This document shows positions 11,980-23,500 of a DNA stretch of 64,000 nucleotides, piece by piece. The stretch spans positions 7,192,001 to 7,256,000 of the forward strand of contig NC_086098.1 in NCBI RefSeq assembly GCF_963921235.1, given 5' to 3'. Each line of letters begins with the position of its first letter. The first letter of the stretch is position 1. The position numbers were made by a program, and so were the translations under genes. This DNA is from Mobula hypostoma (lineage: Eukaryota). A model generated the notes under the pieces. It did not search any database. It worked only from the letters and a program-made list of their open reading frames with translations, and had not been told where the DNA came from.

Positions 11980-14900
11980 TCACGGCAGGTAGAGCTGGGT
12001 GCTGGCGATGAAAGTCCGTGATGAGAGTGGGGTCCAGGCAGGGACCCAACACCTCTCCTCAGGACTGTAGCCCTCCCAATCCCCAAGGTACTGGAGGCCA
12101 CAGCCCTGGCGACAAACGTCCAGCAGTTGACGCACCGTGAAGGCCTCTGTCCCATCCATGAGCCGTGGGGGAGGGGGGGGGGTTTGTGGACAGGACACAG
12201 GGGGTGGCTCATGAAAGACTTGATGTGGGACACATGGAAGGTGGGATGAATTTGACGGCGAGTGGAGGGGAGCTTGAGATGGACGGCAGCAGGGTTGATG
12301 ACTTTAGCAATGGGAAAGGGGCTGATTAAGCGGGGGACGAGTTTGCGGGAATCCACCTTGAGGGGCAGGTCTCGGGTTGAAAGCCACACACGCTGTCCCT
12401 GGCGGTAACGTGGGGCCTTGGAGCAATGGCGGTCAGCTTGACGGTTGATCCTAGCAGAGGCACGGAGAAGGGCAGAGCGAGTGCACCTCCATGTCCGCTG
12501 ACAACGGCAGTTGAATGCCTTGGCAGATGGAACGCCAACCACCTCCTCCTGGGCAGGGAACAGCGGAGGTTGGTAGTCAAGGCAGCACTTGAAGGGGAAC
12601 AGAATGGTGGATGAGGACAAATGAGAGTTTGTGGCGTACTCGGCCCAGGGTAGCTGCTGCCTCCACACACAGAGGTTCTGGGAGACCAGACACTGCAATA
12701 TTGTCTCCAGCTGTTGGTTGGCCCGCTCAGTCTGGCCATTGGTCTGTGTGTGGAATATTGACTCAGAGGTACCCAGAAGATTACAGAATGCCCTCCAGAA
12801 GTTGGATGTGAATTGAGAGCCCCTGTCTGACACAACATCTACAGGTAAACCGTGTAATTTAAAAACATGCAGTACTAGTAATTTTGCTGTTTCATTGGCA
12901 CAGGGGAATCTAGGTAAAGGAATGAAGAGTACAGACTTGGAGAAATGATAAACTACTGTGAGAATGGTGGTGTTACCATCTGATTGGGGAAGACTGGTGA
13001 CAAAATCCAGGCCAATGTGGGACCAGGGTCTCTTGGGGATAGACAGGGGTTGTAACAGACCAGCGGGTGACCAGTTAGAGTTCTTGCCTTGAGCACAGAC
13101 CAAACAGACTGAGACGAAGTTGCGGATGTCACCTCCCATGGAGGACAACCAGAACCGCCGACTGATGAAGGCCTGAGTACGTTTGGTTCCAGGGTGACAG
13201 GATAACCGGAAAGAATGACCCCACTGCAATACCTGTGAGCCGACAGAGCTGGGAACATAAGCATGATTAGTGGGGCATTGACCGGGGGCTGCCTGGCTCT
13301 GTTGAGCAGCTTGCACAGTGGTTTCAACGTCCCATTGCGCTGCACCCACGAGACAGTGAGCAGGGAGGTTGACATTGGGAGAGGGCATCAGGTTTTCCAT
13401 TCCTGGAACCGGGGCGGAAGGACAGAATAAAGTTGAATCTTGAGAAAAACAGGGACTTGACGTGAGTTGAGATGCTTGGCTGTACGGATATATCCCAGAT
13501 TCTTGTGATCAGTCCAGACAAGAATGGCACCTTTGCTCCCTCCAGCCAATGCCTCCACTCCTCCAGAGCGAGCTTCACAGCCAGCAGTTCCCGGTTTCTG
13601 ACATTGTAATTCTGCTCCGTGACAGTGAGGCGGTGAGAGAAGATGGCGCAGGGTGTACCTTCTCATCCTTGGCCGAGCGCTGAGAGAGAACAGCTCCTTC
13701 ACCAATGTCAGACGCATCCACCTCCACAACGAACTGCCAGTCGGTGTTGGGTTGAATCAGGATGGGGACAGAGATGAAACGTTCCTTCAGGTCAGAGAAT
13801 GCTTTTTCAGCAGCAGGGGACCAGGAGAATCTGACAACAGATGAGGTAAGAGCAGTGAGTGGCATAGCCAGTCTACTGTAATTTCTGATGTAGTGGTGAT
13901 AGAAGTTAGCAAAGCCCAAGAAGTGTTACAGATCCTGATGAGTAGAAGGTCGGGCCATTCGACCATCGCCTTGACCTTCTGTTGGTCCATCTGAATGGAA
14001 CCGCCTGAAATTACATACCCCAGGAAGGAGACGGTATTGCGATGAAACTCACATTTCTCAGCCTTCACGAAGAGCTGGTTCTCCAGAAGGTGCTGGAGAA
14101 CTCTGCGGATATGACCTGTGTGTTCAGCAAGGGTCTTAGAAAAAAATTTAAAATGTCATTGGAAACACGAAAACAAATTGGTTCGACATGTCCCTGAGAA
14201 CGTCATTTTACCAGGGTTTGGAAGATGGCGGGGGCATTGGTGAAACCGAATGGCATGACCAGAAATTCTTAATGGCCTGAGGTGGTATTGAAGGCTGTCT
14301 TCCACGCCTCCCCTTCGCAGATGCAGACAAGATGGTAGGCATTACGGAGATCAAGCTTGGTGAAAACTGAGGCTCCCTGCAGTAGTTCAAATGCCGAGGT
14401 CATGAGTGGAAGAGGGTAACAGTTCTTAACAGTGACTTCATTCAGTTCCCGGTAATCAATGCATGGACGGAAGGAGCCGTCCTTCTTTTCAACAAAGATA
14501 AAACCGGCACCAGCTGTGGAGGAAGACGGCTGGATGATTCCTGCAGTCAGAGACTCTTGAATGTACTTACTCATTGCTTTTGTTCCAGGTACAGACAGGA
14601 AACACAGCCGGCCCCTTGGGGAAGATGTGCCAGCAAGAGGTCAATGGCGCAATCATATGGACGATGAGACGGTAGGGATGTGGCCTGTGACTTGCTAAAC
14701 ACAGACTTGATGTCCATGTATTCAGGATGGATGGCACTAAGGTCTGAAAATTCCTCGTGGGGGGTGGGGGTCTGGGCTTGGAGACAAGGGGATCTGAGCA
14801 TGGCGGAGGCAGTGGAAGTGACAGAATGGGCTCCAGCCTACAATCTTGCAACTGAGCCAGTCAATGTGGGGATTATGTTTAACTAACCAGGGATGGCCCA

Positions 14901-15490
14901 GTACAATGGGAGCTTGAGGAGAGTCAATAAAATAAAGGGTTAACTGTTCAAGTTGGTTGCCAGATAAACTGAGATTCACTGGGGCTGTGACAAGAGTGAT
15001 GTTAGCCAGTCTCTGACCGTTCAAGGTGTTGGCCATTAATGGTGACTGGAGAGCAGACGTGGGTAGTCCCCACTGGGCAACCAAGCCAGAATCGATAAAA
15101 CACCCCTCCGCACCAGAATCGACCAAGACGGAGACTGCTCGCGATTGGACGCCCCACTCCAGAGAAGCAGGTACAACAGTGAGCTGTGTTGAGGAGGGCC
15201 GGACAGGGGTCACGCTCACCTGAGTACTTTTCTGGAGGAGGCAGACAGGACTCTTGGACGGGAGGAGTAAGCGAGAACGTGGAGGGCGGGGTGGATGATG
15301 CAGTCGCAGAATGTTGATGGGCGCTCTGGGACAGCTGGAGTGACTGAGTCTGGGCCACAAGATCGGCTACATTGGCAGAAAGTGACTCCGCTGCCCTAAA
15401 CATGGAGTCCAGTTGGTTCTGGTGTCTCCCCAGCATCACTCCCTGATGTTCCAGGGCAGCTCTCAGATGATTGGGGTCTGCTGGATCCAT
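11980..15490 (-). pseudogene. Disrupted gag-pol of the chromovirus (gag N-terminus, protease, RT, RNase H, integrase, chromodomain)
   Basis: MDPADPNHLRAAL gag start; LVDSGAEGCF protease; [10 protein letters not shown] and [20 protein letters not shown] and WTDHKNL RNase [24 protein letters not shown] integrase; [18 protein letters not shown] chromodomain. Many frameshifts. Confidence 0.93.
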
Positions 15491-15494
15491 TCTG

Positions 15495-15506
15495 GCCAGA
15501 TTGTAC
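15495..15506 (-). promoter_or_regulatory. Primer-binding site of the chromovirus (self-priming type)
   Basis: Element-sense gtacaatctggc directly follows the 5' LTR and is complementary to the LTR-internal gccagattgtgc (11093-11104, minus strand). Confidence 0.7.
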
Positions 15507-15809
15507 TGTCAGGACACTGAAGAAAGGACACAATCGCAGACCAAGTACAGTGTGCTCTGTGATACTTACTGAGTAGCAAATCCACAGCGGCAACAAAGTC
15601 AGCGCCAAAGTTCAGGCAGAGATCAAGAAATCCAAAAACCAGACTCGGGAAACAGGCAGATTCAATATTTGGATGGACAGAGTGCAGATACAAATTCTGG
15701 AAAGGCTCAGGAAAACTCACTGATGCAATCTGGCAACAAACAGGTGAAAACACAGGACTGAAATACACTGAGCAATGAACAGAGAGGCAGATGATAGGTG
15801 GAGCACAAT

Positions 15810-18800
15810 AGAACATAGAAACATAGAAAATAGGTGCAGGAGTAGGCCATTCGGCCCTTCGAGCCTGCACCGTCATTCAGTATGATCATGGCTGATCATC
15901 CAACTCAGAACCCTATACCAGCCTTCCCTCCATACCCCCGATCCCTTTAGCCACAAGGGCCATACCTAACTCCCTCTTAAATACAGCCAATGAACTGGCC
16001 TCAACTGTTTCCTGTGGCAGAGAATTACACAGATTCACCACTCTCTGTGTGAAGAAGTTTTTCCTAATCTCGGTCCTAAAAGGCTTCCCCTTTATCCTCA
16101 AACTGTGACCCCTCGTTCTGGACTTCCCCAACATCGGGAACAATCTTCCTGCATCTAGCCTGTCCAATCCCTTTAGGATTTTATACGTTTCAATCAGATC
16201 CCCCCTCAATCTTCTAAACTCCAATGAGTATAAGCCTAGTTCATCCAGTCTTTCATCATATGAAAGTCCTGCCATCCCAGGAATCAATCTGGAGAACCTT
16301 CTTTGTACTCCCTCTATGGCAAGGATGTCTTTCCTCAGATTAGGGTACCAAAACTGCACACAATACTCCAGGTGTGGTCTCACCAAGGCCTTGTACAACT
16401 GCAGTAGGACGTCCCTGCTCCTGTACTTTAATCCTCTTGCTATAAATGCCAGCATACCATTCGCCTTTTTTACCGCCTGCTGTACCTGCATGCCCACTTT
16501 CAATGACTGGTGTATAATGACACCCAGGTCTCGTTGCACCTCCCCTTTTCCTAATCGGCCACCATTCAGATAATAATCTGTTTTCCTGTTTTTGCCACCA
16601 AAGTGGATAACTTCACATTTATCCACATTAAATTGCATCTGCCATGAATTTGCCAACTCATCTAACCTATCCAAATCACCCTGCATCCTCTTAGCATCCT
16701 CTTCACAGTTAACACTGCCGCCCAGCTTCGTGTCATCCGCAAACTTGGAGATGGTGCATTTAATTCCCTCATCCAAGTCATTAATATATATTGTAAACAA
16801 CTGGGGTCCCAGCACCGAGCCTTGCGGTACCCCACTAGTCACTGCCTGCCATTCTGAAAAGGTCCCGTTTATTCCCACTCTTTGCTTCCTGTCTGCCAAC
16901 CAATTCTACATCAATACCTTACCCCCAATACCATGTGCTTTAAGCTTGCGCACTAATCTCCTGTGTGGGACCTTGTCAAAAGCCTTTTGAAAATCTAAAT
17001 ATACCACATCCACTGATTCTCCCCTATCCACTCTACTAGCTACATCCTCAAAAAATTCTATGAGATTCGTCAGACATGATTTTCCTTTCACAAATCCATG
17101 CTGACTTTGTCCGATGATTTCACCGCTTTCCAAATGTGCTGTTATCACATCTTTGATAACTGACTCCAGCAGTTTCCCCACCACAGATGTTAGGCTAACC
17201 GGTCTATAATTCCCTGGTTTCTCTCTCCCTCCTTTTTTAAAAAGTGGGGTTACATTAGCCACCCTCCAATCCTCAGGAACTAGTCCAGAATCTAAAGAGT
17301 TTTGAAAAATTATCACTAATGCATCCACTATTTCTTGGGCTACTTCCTTAAGCACTCTGGGATGCAGACCATCTGGCCCTGGGGATTTATCTGCCTTTAA
17401 TCCCTTCAATTTACCTAACATCACTTCCCTACTAACATGTATTTCCCTCAGTTCCTCCATCTCACTGGACCCTCTGTCCCCTACTATTTCCGGAAGATTA
17501 TTTATGTCCTCCTTAGTGAAGACAGAACCAAAGTAATTATTCAATTGGTCTGCCATGTCCTTGCTCCCCATAATCAATTCACCTGTTTCTGTCTGTAGGG
17601 GACCTACATTTGTCTTAACCATTCTTTTTCTTTTCACATATCTATAAAAACTTTTACAGTCAGTTTTTATGTTCCCTGCCAGTTTTCTCTCATAATCTTT
17701 TTTCCCCTTCCTAATTAAGCCCTTTGTCCTCCTCTGCTGAACTCTGAATTTCTCCCAGTCCTCAGGTGATCCACTTTTTCTGGCTAATTTGTATGCTTCT
17801 TCTTTGGAATTGATACTATCCCTAATTTTCCTTGTCAGCCACGGGTGCACTACCTTCCTTGATTTATTCTTTTGCCAAACTGGGATGAACAATTGTTGTA
17901 GTTCATCCATGTGATCTTTAAATGCTTGCCATTGCATATCCACTGTCAACCCTTTAAGTGTCATTTGCCAGTCTATCTTAGCTAATTCACGTCTCATACC
18001 TTCAAAGTTACCCTTCTTTAAGTTCAGAACCTTTGTTTCTGAATTAACTATGTCACTCTCCATCTTAATGAAGAATTCCACCATATTATGGTCACTCTTA
18101 CCCAAGGGGCCTCTCACGACAAGATTGCTAACTAACCCTTCCTCATTGCTCAATACTCAGTCTAGAATAGCCTGCTCTCTAGTTGGTTCCTTGACATGTT
18201 GGTTCAAAAAACCATCCCGCATACATTCCAAGAAATCCTCTTCCTCAGCACCTTTACCAATTTGGTTCACCCAATCTACATGTAGATTGAAGTCACCCAT
18301 TATAACTGCTGTTCCATTATTGCACACATTTCTAATTTCCTGTTTAATACCATCCCCAACCTCACTACTACTGTTAGGTGGCCTGTACACAACTCCCACC
18401 AGCGTTTTCTGCCCCTTAGTGTTGTGCAGCTCTACCCATATCGATTCCACATCTTCCCGGCTTATGTCCTTCCTTTCTATTGTGTTAATCTCCTCTCTAA
18501 CCAGCAACGCCATCCCACCTCCTTTTCTTTCATGTCTATCCCTCCTGAATATTGAATATCCCTGCATGTTGAGCTCCCATCCTTGGTCACCCTGGAGCCA
18601 TGTCTCTGTGATCCCAACTATGTCATAATCATTAATAACAATCTGCACTTTCAATTCATCCACCTTATTACGAATGCTCCTTGCATTCACACACAAAGCC
18701 TTCAGGCGCTCTTTTACAACTCTCTTAGCCCTTATACAATTATGTTGAAAAGTGGCCCTTTTTGATGCTTGCCCTGGATTTGTTGGCCTGCCACTTTTAC

Positions 18801-18902
18801 TTTTCACCTTACTACTTTTTGCTTCTACCCTCATTTTACACCCCTCTGTCTCTCTGCACTGGTTCCCATTCCCCTGTTGTGAACTAACCTCCTCACGCCT
18901 AG
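15810..18902 (-). mobile_element. Young CR1 with nearly complete ORF2 (APE endonuclease + RT) inside the chromovirus 5' LTR
   Basis: NARSIRNK, GITETWL, YRPP, GDFN, SDHN endonuclease motifs; QGSVLGP, FADDTK RT. One stop (~18155) and one frameshift (~16905). TSD caat at 15806-15809 / 18903-18906. Confidence 0.95.
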
Positions 18903-19689
18903 CAATGAGACAGAAGTCGCAGCAAAACAGGTAATAATGAGAAACAGGTGAGAGGCGGAGTACTCAGTAATACAGGGGCCGGAGTAGAGCAGGAGCGGGG
19001 ACAGGAGCACATGGGGCATGAAAACAAACAAGAGCACATGACAATACAAAACCACAGACTGACAGCTAGGGAGAAAACACACAAAAAGACAAAGTTCAAC
19101 TGGAGATATTGACAGAAATACAGGCTCCAACTGAAGCCAGTTGTTGTTCAGACCAAACATTAGAATGGGGAAGAAATGTGATCTAATTTACTTTTGACTG
19201 TGGAGTGATTGTTGGTGCCAGATAGGGTGGTTTGAGTATCTCAGAAACTGCTGATCTCTTGAGATTTTCACAAACAACACTCTCTGGAGTTTACAGAGAG
19301 TTGTATGAAAAACAAAACAATGTTAAAAAAATCTAGCGAGAGGCAGTTCTGTGGGTGAAGATACCTTGCTAATGAGAGAGGTCAGAGGAGAAAGACCATA
19401 CTGGCTTAAGCCGATAAGAAGGCAATAGTAACTCAAATAACTATGTGTTACCTCAGTGGTGTGCAGAAGAGCATCGCTGAATGCAAGACACGTCAAACCT
19501 GGAAGTGGATGGTCTACAGCAGTGGAAAACTTAGGACTGAAGAAGGCTTTTGGCCTGAAACATTGACTGTTTATTTATTACCATAGATGCTGCCTGCCCT
19601 GCTGAGTTCCTCCAGCATTTTGTGTGCGTTGCTCTGGATTTCCAGCATCTACAGAATCTTGTGTTTAGGTTTAACCCCAGCCTAATCAC

Positions 19690-19890
19690 CGGACAATTTA
19701 TAATGACCAATTAACCCAGCAACCCCCACTTCCTTGGACTGTGGGAGAAAACCAGAACACCTGGAGAAAACCTGTGTATTCATGAAGAGGACATGGGGAG
19801 GAATCTCCTTAATGAGGATGCTGGAATTGAACTCTGAACTCCAATGCCTTGTAATAGCATCGTGCTGACTGCTAAACCACTGTGCCCCCC
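19690..19890 (-). mobile_element. tRNA-derived V-domain SINE (HE1-like), decayed
   Basis: Reverse complement of the ggtttcctcccacagtccaa V-domain core. Confidence 0.6.
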
Positions 19891-20529
19891 CTCCCCCATT
19901 TCCCTTCCCAGCTGCCCAATTGCCAAATCCCTTCAGTTTGTCTTTTGTTGTTTCAGATTCCAAACATGTGCAGTCTCTTGTGTGTCTATAAAACAATAAT
20001 AACTCTGCATATCCGCACGTCAGTTGGTGAACAACTGTGCTGTAATGAGCCGTAAATCACTCTAATATAAAGAATCTGGTTTGAATCTCTACTCTATTCT
20101 GAGTACCCCACCATAATCCACAGCATGTGCATCAGACTGTAATCTGATAGTGGTTGACAACAGGTGTGTTTGTTGCATTGCCCTCTGAAGCCTCAGGCAG
20201 AGGGAAATAAATCCAGCTTTTCACTTCCTGTTGGGGAAGACACTTGAAGCATTAACATATTTTAATATGTTGGAAAAGAAAAGAGCTATGTTTCAGATTT
20301 TGAATAAAAACAATATCAAGTGGTAGCGGTTCTGGGCCAGAGCCAGGATACACATTCTGGTTTATTCACGGAATGTCTTTGGGTAACTTTGGCACTATCC
20401 CCTCGTTAACTTATTTTTTGAAGGAGAAAAGTAATTTCCTCTTCTCTGGTGCTTTCGATTTTGTGGGTCTCCAGAATGCCAGCAATAATGCATCAACTGA
20501 CACATACAAATAGTTCAGAAAATTCAGGC

Positions 20530-20815
20530 CCCACGGTCACATAGTGGCTAGTGCGATGCTATTACAAATTGAGGAACTGGGAGTTCAGTTCCTCAGTAAG
20601 AAGTTTGTACATCCTCCCCGTGGACAAAGTGGGTTTTCTCCGGTTACTACGGTTTCCTCTCACAGTCCAAAGGTGTACCAGTTCGTAGGCTAATTGGTCT
20701 ATGTAAATTCTTCCATATTTAGATTTGGGTCGAATCTGTGGGCTGCCAGTAGTACAGCTCGTTGGACCGGAAGGGCCTGCTCTGGTCTGTATTTCTAAAT
20801 AAATACATAAACAAA
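20530..20815 (+). mobile_element. tRNA-derived V-domain SINE (HE1-like), decayed
   Basis: tttgtacatcctccccgtg...gggttttctccgg...ggtttcctctcacagtccaaagg core; (taaa)n tail. Confidence 0.65.
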
Positions 20816-20832
20816 CAAACATGTACGATTCT

Positions 20833-20962
20833 AAACACAAGAAAATCGGCAGATGCTGGGAATTCAGAGCAACACACACAAAACACTGGAGGAACTCAGC
20901 AGGTCAGGCATCATCTATGGGAAAGAGTAAGCAGTCGACGTTTCGGGCCGAGACCCTTCCTC
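20833..20962 (-). mobile_element. Short Penelope terminal-repeat insertion
   Basis: Matches the ends of the Penelope copies at 47871 and ~57570. TSD acgattct at 20825-20832 / 20963-20970. Confidence 0.75.
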
Positions 20963-21074
20963 ACGATTCTTCAGCATGTACTATTGACTGGTTCGGGAAT
21001 ATTTACGGAGAATGCGGAGAAAAGTTACCAGGATTGTTCAGTATGTAATATTGACTGGTTCGGGAATATTTACT

Positions 21075-22020
21075 GAGAATGTGGAGAAGAGTTACCAGGA
21101 TGCTGCCTGGATTAGACAGTTTGTCCAAACTGGATAGGTTGAGTGACTGGGGCTTTTCCCTTTGAGTGAAGGAGTGTGAGAGGTGATTTGATAGAGGTGT
21201 ACAAGATAACAAGAGGCATGGATCAAGTGGACAGCAAGAATTTTTTTCCCAGAGTGGAAATGGCTAATATGAGGGGGCATAACTTTAAGGTAATTGGAGG
21301 AAAGTACAGGGAAGATGTCAGAGTTAATTTTTTTTTATCAAATAGAGTGGCGGGTACATGGACTGTACTGCCAGGGATAGTGATAGAGCCAGATGCACTA
21401 GGAGCATTTAAGATACTCTAAGATGGATGATAGAAAAATGATGCGTTATGTAGGAGGGAAGGTTTAGATCGATCTAAAGTTAGGTTAAAAGGATGGCACA
21501 ACATGGGCTCTGTTAGGGCATACTCGAATTATGATATATGACAAATATTAAGTTCAACAGCAACCAATCTTCAGACCTGAACATGGATTATAGATTAAGT
21601 TTAAAATGTTCTTGGAGCTGCAGACTGGAGTCAATTGCAAACCAAGAAACACACCATTGACCCGAGATGACTGCAAATGCAGCCCAGAGTCAGTGCTGAT
21701 TAACATTTACTTTGGGTGCCTGGAGGTTGGATGTGAAGAAGGAGGCTGAAAATTATATGTAATTCAAAGGCAATTTTGTAGATACAATGTAACTAGAAAA
21801 TTGTCCTGCCATTACCTTTGATCTTTAGAATATAAAAATGTCATGTAATATTGGGTCAGAAAGGCCTCCTCTTCCAAGAGTGTCGAGAGTATGATGTGTG
21901 TTTGTTTTGCTGAATAAAGACTTCTATATTCACCAGGTTCAGTGTCTCTCCAGTGACTTCGATCACAGTCACAGCAGGCTCAAGGGCTTGTACCATGCTG
22001 TAACGTTCTATGTTCTGTTC
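21075..22020 (+). mobile_element. CR1 3' fragment interrupted in its 3' UTR by a solo LTR
   Basis: RGDLIEVYKI...RGHNFKV in ORF 21176-21421. The tail resumes at 21977 (ggctcaagggcttgtacc...gttctatgttc). Confidence 0.75.
21511..21976 (+). mobile_element. Solo LTR (466 bp)
   Basis: TG...CA ends, perfect 5-bp TSD ggctc (21506-21510 / 21977-21981), TATAAAA at 21831 and AATAAA at 21913. Confidence 0.8.
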
Positions 22021-22059
22021 ACACATCTCCTCTGAACCTTTCCTGTCTGTCTGAGACCT

Positions 22060-23500
22060 CCGTCAGTCAGGGTTGACCATGGATATTGTGTTCTAGCTGT
22101 CTAGATACGCAAGCCAGGGCAGTACGATATAGTGAGCAAGCTATTGCCCATGTAGCAAGCTCCCCCTCTCCATGCATCTGATGATCCCAAAGGAATGGCA
22201 GAGACCCAACCAGTTTGGTACCAGGTGTGACGGGACCCTGAATTACTCCTATGAACTGTGCTCGATTACCCCTGTTAACTGTGCTTTTGAAAAGAGAGAG
22301 AGAGAGGGTTATTTACCACCGACATTTTGTTTTGAAAGAGAGAGAGAGAGAGATGAAGACTAACTGTTGGACTGTCACTTTAAGGAACGTGAAAGAACTG
22401 GTTAACTGTTGGATTTCTGCTGAGTTGGAGACAGCACCAAGCAGCTCGTAAATTGCTATGGTGACCGAGGGCGTTATTAAATGGACAATTGATGTTATGA
22501 TTTTTGGCAGGTTGTTGATACTTCTTCAAGGACTTTTGCCGCTTGCATTTCTTTCACAGAGAGAGGAAGGAGGAGTTATTTGAATGACAGTTGATGCTCA
22601 GCACGGAAAGATAAAATAGGAGGTCAGATGATGGACCTGAGACACATGTTCTGGACACTGAATGAGCATTGTTGTGCCCGCAGGAAAAGTGGGTTTTGGA
22701 TGATCGATCAGGCGGATCGATCCATCGCTCTTGCAGTGGAAAGAGGAAAGGGGTTGACTGGTGGGGAGTTGTCCATGTGTCCACCCTCCTCTGGGGGATA
22801 GCTCCACCACAGAAAACTGGTCCCCTTTGTTAAAGTCACAGTCGGTGACATTTAAAGGATTTCGAAGGACAATGAGAAGATCGATGGTGTCAGCTCACCT
22901 GAAGACTCAAATCTCTCCCCCTCTCTCTCTCTCTCCATCACTACTCAACTCAATACCACGAACTGAACTGAACTGAACTTTACTCATCATCGTAAGACTG
23001 TATCTTTCTACCCCAGACTTAAAGAAGCTTGGTTTTTCATACATGTATTTCCACACTTACTGATATACTTACATACATATATAATCATTGCTAACCTGTT
23101 TGATTTATCTACATTTATATTACTGTATTGCGTAGTTACTGATAAATATTATTAGTTTATAGCAATACTGGACTCCAAAGTGTTTTCCATCTCTGCTGGT
23201 CCTTTATTCCTGTCACGGGGTTCGTGACGCAGTAATGTCGCAGGAGTTGCCACTCAACATTGAACTCAATGTAAGATCGTTGTACGGACTCCAGCTTCAG
23301 ACTTTTCCCTTGGGGTTTACTCCCGAAGCCTTCCCCATGAGTGGGCATAGCTGCAAGGCAGCAGAGGTTTGAGATCAGAGTTTTCCTTCTCCTAGATGAG
23401 CTGCCAACCACAACTGATGAGCCCAACTGGCCTGAAGTGACTGGTTTTAAGGCACTAGTAACCCGCCTTTACTCTGTCTCCTGTCAGTAGAAATGGTTCT
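22060..23500. mobile_element. Non-autonomous dispersed repeat (probably RTE-related), split by a solo LTR
   Basis: 22060-22225 plus 23230-23500 is colinear with the uninterrupted copy at ~38820-39250 (gttttccttctcctagatgagct motif). Confidence 0.65.
22226..23229 (+). mobile_element. Solo LTR (~1 kb, Gypsy-like)
   Basis: Ends tgtgacgggaccc...gggttcgtgacg, 4-bp flanks cagg/cagt. Interrupts a repeat whose empty site is seen at ~38960-38990. Shares gtcacagtcggtgac and its terminal region with 30260-31120. Confidence 0.75.

Larger units (their letters stand above)
10885..19114 (-). mobile_element. Tf1/sushi-type Gypsy chromovirus with both LTRs, decayed
   Basis: LTRs at 10885-11965 and 15507-19114 (each tgtca...tgaca, each interrupted by a CR1). 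5-bp TSD gaaac (10880-10884) / gaaat (19115-19119). PPT gaggggaggatgttac on the minus strand at 11966-11981. Confidence 0.95.
9915..19137 (-). mobile_element. SINE-like element with Rex-type tail (9915-10884 plus 19115-19137), host of the chromovirus
   Basis: Similar to the uninterrupted copy at 27719-28480 (aatcccctcccccgcac repeats, gtcgctttaatt, aaacgatctccaaa). Internal ~60-bp imperfect tandem repeats at ~10000-10270. Confidence 0.6.
9803..19530 (+). mobile_element. Tc1-like DNA transposon derivative, split by a ~9.2-kb nest (pieces 9803-~9924 and ~19138-19530)
   Basis: TIR cactcagtgtccactttattagg. The two pieces join to match the uninterrupted stretch at ~36215-36640. Transposase HTH remnant of the GxIVGARxGGLSISETADLL type. 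Confidence 0.75.

Noticed and set aside
22175..22210. ctgatga followed by a small hairpin (also cagatga-gctc..gagc at ~24841) as a hammerhead
   Set aside because: No GAAA follows the stem, so the catalytic core is incomplete.
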